Source: a virus (lineage: Duplodnaviria > Caudoviricetes). Taken from it: 64,000 nt of DNA. A program made the translations under genes and the position numbers. Below, in pieces: positions 57,778-64,000 of this stretch. A model generated the notes under the pieces. The model saw nothing but the letters and a program-made list of their open reading frames with translations, had not been told where the DNA came from and searched no databases. The DNA is taken from positions 1,472 to 65,471 of IMG/VR virus record IMGVR_UViG_3300009103_000026; one strand, 5' to 3'. Position 1 is the stretch's first letter, and every line of letters starts with the position of its first letter.

Positions 57778-59811
57778 TTATTGTCTCCTGTTGATTCCCT
57801 TACAGATATTTTGACTAACTCCTTTTACGTACCATTCTGGACCGCTATACATTTGGCCCATCTTCTTAGTATCTATCATTTTTGTAGTGCCCCCTATTAA
57901 AGAATAGTCTGGGGGCCTAGAAGCTCTCGCTATTTGTCTGGCCATCATATTAGCAATTAGCAATGCGCTATATCTATCTTTTCTCATTCTTCCTTTTTTG
58001 CCGTTTGGCAATTTAACTTCGGGAGTATCCCACTTGTCCCTACTGCTGATACTGGTTTGACTCATGATTATTGTACATAGTTCGTCCTTGAGATCTTCAA
58101 TCTCCATAACGCAATCTTCTAGTGAGTCATAAAGTCTGGTTTTGTCTCCGCTATTGATAGCCCTTTTGTCATCTTCAATTGCAAGGCCAATAGTAATTGG
58201 GTCGAATCTTGGAAAAATTAAAACCTGATCTTCCATATCTTTTCTTAGTCCGTGATTTGCCTGAGAGGTCCATTCGGCTTTGGCAAATTGTACTAATTCT
58301 AAAACGTGTAGGCCTGCCTCTACGTCCGTATCTGCCTTTTTTTCTGGGTCTATAACAGGCCAAATCAACAGCTCTCCTTTTTGCAACTTATCTGGGTCGT
58401 GTAAAGCTTCTTCTATTGCTATCCCTCCCCCCTGAGCATCTATCCCTATCCTTTCACAAGGAAAAATTTTCATCAAATCTCGAATTTTCCTAGCGCAGTA
58501 ATGATAAAAATCATGCTCACAATCAAGACCAGCTTCTTTAGATTTCCTAAGTCTTTCTTTAAATTTTTGTCTGTTGGTGGACCAGCCATAGACAATCCTA
58601 CTGTGATCGTCTCGCAGCTCTATTATTATTATACTAAAATTATCTTGCTCTGAAGCTGGGTCGATTCCATAAACATATTTTGATGAAGAGCTTCCTTTTG
58701 TCACAGCATCAAAAAATACTGATCCTGACGGCAAGTTTACTGGTTTTGCTTCTGACCCAACGCATCTTTCTATGAGGCTTCTTTTGAAAAATCCCTCACT
58801 GTCCATAGTAAAAACTGCCCCGTATTCCATTTGATAAATTCCGTTATGAATAGTAGCCTTGGCTCTAGCAACATTCTTATCATCCATAAACCCAGACGGA
58901 ACAAGCTCATAAGGAATTCTTATTATTGAATAGTCTCTCCAATTAAAATTGTCAGGAACTCCTTCTCCAAATAGTTCTAGTAATTTTTTTTCTTCTCCTC
59001 GACTCTCTATTATTTTTTTATATCTTTTCCAGTAATCAGCAAAATGATTAAAATCATAGTATGCTGTACCAGACAATATGGCTTGGTTCGATGTTCTCTT
59101 GTCATATCTTGTTTCGTGAGCGTCCGTCCATTCTCCAGTTTCTTTTAATGCTTTTCTTCTTGCTGCCTCTTTCACGTTTTGTACGGGGGAGGCAGAAACA
59201 GCAGTAAAGCCAGCGACAACTGTTTCATAGATATCTGGTGGTATAGATGCAAATTCATCTGATATAATTGTATGGGCTCTTAAACCACGAATTTTCTGTC
59301 CGTCTCCCAGAGGAACAGCAATTGTCCAGCTATCATTTATTCTCATGGTACATCTGTCGACATCTCTACGAGGGCCGCTGTTTGTGTCGCAGATACTTCT
59401 TAGTATCGGTGCGTCTCTCCAAATAGTCTCCATGTATTCAAAGATTATTTTTGATTGTCTAAAAGCAGCACCAACAATAACTACCTTACTATTTGGTATG
59501 AGGGAACATTTTAACATGGCATAAACAGCCAGCAACCAAGACTTTCCAAACCCACGAGAGGCGACGAACATTGGGAACGGCCTCACCCACAGCTCCCTTA
59601 AAATAGCAGCTTGCACTGGAAGTAGTTCTATACCTAAAAGGTGTTTGCAGGTGAATGAAAAATAGGCGGGATTTCTCATTATCCGTAAGATATGAAGATC
59701 CGGCCTGCTCATGTCTTTTTCAGACCGATGTATTAAAGGATTCTCTATTTGTATCTCGTCTTTGCCCAAGCCAAGCCAAGCATCTTCTGCGGATGTTATA
59801 ATTTTTGACAT
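57778..59811 (-). CDS. Terminase large subunit
   Basis: Q motif LLPVQ, Walker A ASRGFGKS, IRGLRA, Walker B IISDEF, motif III LSGTA, nuclease YGIDPA...IDAQGGG...KDRYSA. Confidence 0.95.
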   Translation of the reverse strand: MSKIITSAEDAWLGLGKDEIQIENPLIHRSEKDMSRPDLHILRIMRNPAYFSFTCKHLLGIELLPVQAAILRELWVRPFPMFVASRGFGKSWLLAVYAMLKCSLIPNSKVVIVGAAFRQSKIIFEYMETIWRDAPILRSICDTNSGPRRDVDRCTMRINDSWTIAVPLGDGQKIRGLRAHTIISDEFASIPPDIYETVVAGFTAVSASPVQNVKEAARRKALKETGEWTDAHETRYDKRTSNQAILSGTAYYDFNHFADYWKRYKKIIESRGEEKKLLELFGEGVPDNFNWRDYSIIRIPYELVPSGFMDDKNVARAKATIHNGIYQMEYGAVFTMDSEGFFKRSLIERCVGSEAKPVNLPSGSVFFDAVTKGSSSSKYVYGIDPASEQDNFSIIIIELRDDHSRIVYGWSTNRQKFKERLRKSKEAGLDCEHDFYHYCARKIRDLMKIFPCERIGIDAQGGGIAIEEALHDPDKLQKGELLIWPVIDPEKKADTDVEAGLHVLELVQFAKAEWTSQANHGLRKDMEDQVLIFPRFDPITIGLAIEDDKRAINSGDKTRLYDSLEDCVMEIEDLKDELCTIIMSQTSISSRDKWDTPEVKLPNGKKGRMRKDRYSALLIANMMARQIARASRPPDYSLIGGTTKMIDTKKMGQMYSGPEWYVKGVSQNICKGINRRQ

Positions 59812-59815
59812 TAGT

Positions 59816-59986
59816 TTATTCGTATAGAGCCCTTAACATTTCTAAGCTTTCCTTGAGCGACTGGTTTTTACTCACTTGACCAACTTCGTCATCTAATCTT
59901 CTGGTAAGTTCTTCGGCAGTAGAGATCTCCATATATTCATTTATTATAGAATATATCTTGATTGCTTCATCTGGACTTGTTGGCAT
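59816..59986 (-). CDS. Small hypothetical protein
   Basis: AAGGAG RBS before ATG at 59986. Fills the gap between the ERCC4 and terminase genes. Confidence 0.55.
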   Translation of the reverse strand: MPTSPDEAIKIYSIINEYMEISTAEELTRRLDDEVGQVSKNQSLKESLEMLRALYE

Positions 59987-59997
59987 TTCTTCTCCTT

Positions 59998-60468
59998 CTA
60001 ATTTTTTGCTTCGTAAACTCTTTTCATTATGCTGGTTGCCATGTGCCATGCTGAAAACTTATCTCCACAAGGAACAACATGCACCCCATAAACTGTTTGT
60101 ATTTCGGATATTTTTTTCATTAGAAAATTACCACTGACTCTTAGCTTATCCCACGTTCTTTTAGGTATGTCTGAACCAACCGGAAAAGCCCTTACATCTT
60201 CTAATGAAAATTCTAATAATAAAAATCGAAATTCAAAGTCCTGCATCCTCTCAAGCTCTCTATCAAATCTTTTATCAACAAAGTTGTTCGCTATTTCTGC
60301 TGTGCTAGCTTTTCTTTCTATGCATAAAATTTGCTCCATACCCTCTATGGAATAATCACCAGTGTCGAGCTTTTTCTCTATCATTCCAGAACAATAGTCG
60401 CTCTCTTTGAAGAACCATCCGTTTTGTTCTCTAGTATCTTTTATAACTGTAAATTTATTCTTTGTCAT
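59998..60468 (-). CDS. ERCC4-domain (XPF-like) nuclease
   Basis: IKDTREQ, LDTGDYSI, IERK motifs. Confidence 0.85.
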   Translation of the reverse strand: MTKNKFTVIKDTREQNGWFFKESDYCSGMIEKKLDTGDYSIEGMEQILCIERKASTAEIANNFVDKRFDRELERMQDFEFRFLLLEFSLEDVRAFPVGSDIPKRTWDKLRVSGNFLMKKISEIQTVYGVHVVPCGDKFSAWHMATSIMKRVYEAKN

Positions 60469-60772
60469 CTTTCATTATGTTTCGCATAATTATTTTGTGA
60501 AAAAATAATGCGTACTCCTCTTCTTTACCGTGAATTCTATCATGACATCTTTTACATAGCGTTATACCATTATTTGTATTAAATCTGACATGGGAGTCGT
60601 CCGCCCATTTCTTTATGTGATGAGCATTAAGTTTCTTTGAAGATCCGCAGTCGGGCCATTGACACGAATAGCCATCTCTGGCAAAAACCTTCTTTCTCCA
60701 TTCCACATACTTTGGATCGTCAAAATTCCTAGTATGACTGCGTTTCCAGTGGCGCCTCTTGCGACGATTCAT
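60455..60772 (-). CDS. HNH endonuclease
   Basis: WRKKVFARDGYSCQ..CG...AHHI...NGITLCKRCH. Confidence 0.9.
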   Translation of the reverse strand: MNRRKRRHWKRSHTRNFDDPKYVEWRKKVFARDGYSCQWPDCGSSKKLNAHHIKKWADDSHVRFNTNNGITLCKRCHDRIHGKEEEYALFFHKIIMRNIMKDDKE

Positions 60773-61829
60773 GTTTTAAGTCTGACCTCACCATTCTTTT
60801 TACTAAGTCGGTAAAATTAATTTCTGGCTGCCAATCCAAATGTCTTAACGCTTTAGAATATGACCCCTTAAGAAATTCAACTTCTGCCGGTCTATAAAAC
60901 TCAGGGTCTATAACGACATATGATTCATAATTCTTTATATTCACACGATTGAAAGCCTCTTTTAAAAAGTCTCTTACCGAGTATGTCTCTCCAGTAGCTA
61001 CTACGTAATCGTCTGAGACATCTTGCTGTAGCATCAGCCACATTGCGCGAACATAATCTTCAGCATGTCCCCAATCCCGGTACGCATCTAAATTACCTAA
61101 ACGAAGTTTTGGAAATGTCTTAGGGCTATTTCTTGGTATACAAATTTCTTCTTTCTCTAATATCAAATCGTTAGGTAAAACATTATGCTCTTTCTTCCAT
61201 GCTACAAATTTCGCAATCCATTTTGTTATCTTTCTTGTTACAAAACTCTCTCCCCTTCTCTCACTTTCATGATTAAACAAGATACCACAACTTCCATGAA
61301 TTCCATAAGACTCTCTATAGGTATGAACTAAGTTATGCGCTGCCATTTTAGCTACGGCATAAGGAGAACGAGGAGCAAACCGAGTTTCTTCGTCTTGATA
61401 CCCATATTCATTAACGCTATCTCCAAACATTTCGCTAGTAGAGGCTTGATAAAAGCGAATATCAGAATTTATGCTACGAACAGATTCCAAAATATTCAAA
61501 ACCCCACCGAGATTTACTTCAAAGGTTGCAGAGGGTTGTTTAAAGGAAGTTCCTACATGGCTCTGTGCTGCTAAGTTATAACATTCTGCTATCTCCGGCG
61601 TAGACAGATATTCCTGTATAATATTAGCAACAGAAGCAGCGTCTGTAATATCTCCCTCAACCAAAGTAAAGTTTTCGTGCTGCCTTACATAGTTGCCAAT
61701 TCTTTCGGTTGTGTCAACACTGGACCGTCTCTTAACAGCCACCACATGATAATCTTTTTTAAGTAGTAGTTCAGAAAGATAAGAACCATCTTGTCCTGTG
61801 GCCCCAAAAATTACAGCAGTTTTGTTCAT
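60729..61829 (-). CDS. gmd: GDP-mannose 4,6-dehydratase
   Basis: GATGQDGSYL, YNLAAQSHV, YQASTSEMFG, PRSPYAVAK, GILFNHESERRG..FVTRKIT, LGNLDAYRDWGHA, RPAEV. Confidence 0.95.
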   Translation of the reverse strand: MNKTAVIFGATGQDGSYLSELLLKKDYHVVAVKRRSSVDTTERIGNYVRQHENFTLVEGDITDAASVANIIQEYLSTPEIAECYNLAAQSHVGTSFKQPSATFEVNLGGVLNILESVRSINSDIRFYQASTSEMFGDSVNEYGYQDEETRFAPRSPYAVAKMAAHNLVHTYRESYGIHGSCGILFNHESERRGESFVTRKITKWIAKFVAWKKEHNVLPNDLILEKEEICIPRNSPKTFPKLRLGNLDAYRDWGHAEDYVRAMWLMLQQDVSDDYVVATGETYSVRDFLKEAFNRVNIKNYESYVVIDPEFYRPAEVEFLKGSYSKALRHLDWQPEINFTDLVKRMVRSDLKHESSQEAPLETQSY

Positions 61830-61830
61830 C

Positions 61831-62646
61831 TTATTCTTTATCCTTTTTAAGAATTGTATCAGGTGTCAACATAGGCATATCTACTATTTTATCTTCATAC
61901 GTATGATATTCAGAAAGCTGCTCAGTAGATTTATCGGAAGCAACTCTCATCAGTTCCAAGTCTCGTCCCTCTCTCTCTCTGATAGATTCGTCTTCAAGCA
62001 TTCTTATCAGCCCTATCCAGCTAGTCTTCCCATCCTCAACGCGCTTTAGTCTCTGATCTCTCGTTGCCTTTAAGTCTTTAGAAAGAGCCTTCGATTCATT
62101 AGAAAGTTTCGTATACTCATTGGTATAAGATGTCTGGGAGCTTCTGGCCATGGAAAGCTGTGTTTCTAGATTCATGATCCTATCAGAATTTCTTTCCCCG
62201 AGCGGCCTCGCATATTCTTCCTGAATGAAATCATCTAGTCTCTCTATTTCCTGCATACATCTTTTTCTTTCAACCATAGAACGGTTGATCAATATTTCCG
62301 TAGTAATCAGCTGTTTAATTTGCAGCTCTTCGGTGGGCAGTATGTCTTCTCTAAATTGTTGAACCAGATCTATCCAAATTGATTCAAAATAAATCAGTTC
62401 ATTTTCCGTAAGCTGTTTTTCCACCTCTTTCCAATAAACCCTATTTCTGAGCTTCTTTCTTAGATCGGTCTCTGTTCTCTCTTTGTCAGACATGCCAACA
62501 TAAGATAAGGACATATTTTCAATATGCTTTTTTATTGTTTCTGGAGTTCTGTCAAGATATTTTGCAATCTCTTTAACGGTTTTGGTACCGCAGTTTTCCT
62601 CTATAAACTGAACTTCGCCGTCACTCAGCTTGCCACGCTTGGCCAT
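61831..62646 (-). CDS. HTH plus coiled-coil protein; candidate terminase small subunit
   Basis: KTVKEIAKYLDRTPETIKK HTH followed by a long helical oligomerisation region ending LKATRDQR. Upstream of the large terminase. Confidence 0.45.
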   Translation of the reverse strand: MAKRGKLSDGEVQFIEENCGTKTVKEIAKYLDRTPETIKKHIENMSLSYVGMSDKERTETDLRKKLRNRVYWKEVEKQLTENELIYFESIWIDLVQQFREDILPTEELQIKQLITTEILINRSMVERKRCMQEIERLDDFIQEEYARPLGERNSDRIMNLETQLSMARSSQTSYTNEYTKLSNESKALSKDLKATRDQRLKRVEDGKTSWIGLIRMLEDESIREREGRDLELMRVASDKSTEQLSEYHTYEDKIVDMPMLTPDTILKKDKE

Positions 62647-63268
62647 CTATTTCCTCGCTATCTAATATCTCTTTAATTTTTTCTACTAATTTATCTCTAC
62701 GCGCCTTCACAAGCTTCAAGCCGTTCATTAGTCTTAAATAATCCAACCTAAAATCAACGGGAAGTTTTCTATCAATAATATCCAATACTTCCCTGTCCGC
62801 CGTTTCATTCTCTATATCAAACACCCTTTTCATATGATTCTCATTTTCGTCTCTAACTTCTGGCCAACTAAGGGGAGTCATTAAATTTTTCTTACTAGAA
62901 TTCCTTTTCATCCAACTACCGTATAGATCACACGAATATTTATCTGAAAACTCTACGCAGTTACTTTGGGACTTCTCGTTATGCGGATCATAGAACGGGC
63001 AAGTATAGCATGGCAAATCAGGACGTTCATAATTGTCCCTTTTGAAGTTAAATAGGCGATTTCTTACATGTACCCATAAGAAATTTTCAAGAGGCCGATT
63101 TTCATCGTACCTTTCCATGGCTTCTACAGCAAACATACGGGCTTGTTGCCGCATGTCCTCAGCATCGTGGTATCCAAATTTAAATTTATAGCATAGTCTA
63201 TTCGCTATATTCTCAATTATGCTAAGTACCTGTTCCTCTGTCATGTTTTTCGGTATCTTCATCTTCAC
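62621..63268 (-). CDS. Sigma-70-like RNA polymerase sigma factor with Cys4 insert
   Basis: Region-2-like DAEDMRQQA...EAMERYD..RPLENFLWVHVRNRLFNFKRD, then CYTC...C...C and a short region-4-like helical tail. Confidence 0.7.
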   Translation of the reverse strand: MKMKIPKNMTEEQVLSIIENIANRLCYKFKFGYHDAEDMRQQARMFAVEAMERYDENRPLENFLWVHVRNRLFNFKRDNYERPDLPCYTCPFYDPHNEKSQSNCVEFSDKYSCDLYGSWMKRNSSKKNLMTPLSWPEVRDENENHMKRVFDIENETADREVLDIIDRKLPVDFRLDYLRLMNGLKLVKARRDKLVEKIKEILDSEEIDGQAWQAE

Positions 63269-63410
63269 CTTCTAACAAAGAGGACATAGCTTTTTCTGGA
63301 CTTTCAGGATCTGGCACTTCCAATTCCTGCAACACTTCTTCTTCTAGCTGTTCGCTAGCTACTGTTTTTAATATACTAGGCACTTTCTTACGTGCTTTTT
63401 CGTCAGACAT
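63222..63410 (-). CDS. Small acidic hypothetical protein, first gene of the late operon
   Basis: AAGGAG RBS upstream of ATG at 63410. Confidence 0.55.
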   Translation of the reverse strand: MSDEKARKKVPSILKTVASEQLEEEVLQELEVPDPESPEKAMSSLLEGEDEDTEKHDRGTGT

Positions 63411-63453
63411 GTGATTTTTCTCCTTTTCAAGTTACAAAAGTGGAAATCTGATC

Positions 63454-63469
63454 TATAATATTATACACA
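63454..63469. promoter_or_regulatory. Palindromic TATAATATTATA bidirectional -10 element; includes the minus-strand late motif TGTGTATAAT
   Basis: Perfect 12-bp palindrome at 63454-63465 in the divergent intergenic region. Confidence 0.6.
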
Positions 63470-63505
63470 GCCGGGGCTTAAAAGGAAACTAATAGGAGCT
63501 AAAAA

Positions 63506-63712
63506 ATGAATAAGGTTTGGAGTGATGCAGAAAAAGAGTTTATCAAGAGCAATGCTGGAAAATTAACCGACAAAATTTTATCAGTAAAATTAACTCAGAT
63601 AACCGGGAGAAGAGTTACCCTACAGGCAGTAAGGAAACAGCGGCAGAAAATGGGTATCTCTAAACAGCCGGGACGGGGAAGATGTGAGCTTACACAAGAA
63701 AAGGAAGACTAG
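63506..63712 (+). CDS. Small Myb/HTH-like DNA-binding protein
   Basis: WSDAEKEFIK...LTD...RVTLQAVRKQRQKMGI. AGGAG RBS. Confidence 0.7.
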   Translation: MNKVWSDAEKEFIKSNAGKLTDKILSVKLTQITGRRVTLQAVRKQRQKMGISKQPGRGRCELTQEKED

Positions 63713-63719
63713 GTCTACG

Positions 63720-64000
63720 ATGGATTGGAAAGAACTACATTATAAGTCTAACGTGGTAGATCTGCATACTCATGCGGCTATGAAAGCGCTATTGTTTGAT
63801 AGGGGAATTAGTGGAAGAAAAAAAGGATGGTTTAGAGAATTATTTAAGAAGTCTTTCTGGCCCTTTAGCGAGAGAGTTACTTTTAAGCAGTCTCAACAGG
63901 GTGGCTTGGATGTAATGCTTTCTACTCTATATGCCGTTGAGTCGGGATGGGCTAAAGATATGTCTCTTATCAATTGGTTGATTTGGCTCGTTCCCAGAGT
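63720..64000 (+). CDS. Membrane dipeptidase (M19)-like amidohydrolase, N-terminal part running off the window edge
   Basis: Not in the ORF track. Reads MDWKELHYKSNVVDLHTHAAMK...RVTFKQSQQGGLDVMLSTLYAVE, with a DLHxH metal-binding start and the GG(V/L)D motif. Confidence 0.55.
   Translation, partial: MDWKELHYKSNVVDLHTHAAMKALLFDRGISGRKKGWFRELFKKSFWPFSERVTFKQSQQGGLDVMLSTLYAVESGWAKDMSLINWLIWLVPR

Noticed and set aside
57778-59811. Intein or intron in the terminase
   Set aside because: ATPase and nuclease motifs are contiguous at normal spacing, with no intein C...HN junction motifs.
1-64000. Stop-codon reassignment (alternative genetic code)
   Set aside because: Genes are full length in the standard code and end in TAA, TAG and TGA; coding density is already near complete. 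The single gene break is a frameshift, not an in-frame stop.

Overview
The window is a dense, tightly packed segment of a large tailed dsDNA phage (Caudoviricetes). No tail-sheath gene is visible, so it is probably siphovirus-like. The host cannot be determined from this sequence. A ~57 kb minus-strand late region (63410 to 6372) runs: sigma-70-like factor, possible terminase small subunit, GDP-mannose 4,6-dehydratase, HNH and ERCC4 nucleases, terminase large subunit, portal, protease/scaffold, head decoration protein, major capsid protein, a fibre protein, a four-gene glycan-tailoring cassette (two glycosyltransferases, a sulfotransferase, a pyruvyl transferase), beta-helix and LamG proteins, neck and tail-completion genes, tail tube, chaperones, a ~10.7 kb tape-measure gene split by a 1-nt frameshift, and three large tail-tip proteins, the last a 2307-aa Cys-rich giant. 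Plus-strand genes at the left encode divergent glycosyltransferase-like and nucleotidyltransferase proteins, an endonuclease, a strand-annealing-like protein and a Whirly-like ssDNA-binding protein. Most notable: (1) a candidate virion glycosylation/sulfation/pyruvylation system, with S/T-G dipeptides enriched in the outer virion proteins; (2) a modular tape measure in which xxxGG / DT(V/I)PAMLT(P/A)GE cassettes bracket orphan cargo-like segments; (3) a recurrent GGTGTA(T/A)-AT-rich late-promoter motif alongside a Cys-insert sigma factor; (4) the Whirly-like SSB. All product calls come from motif recognition by eye. No database searches were run.
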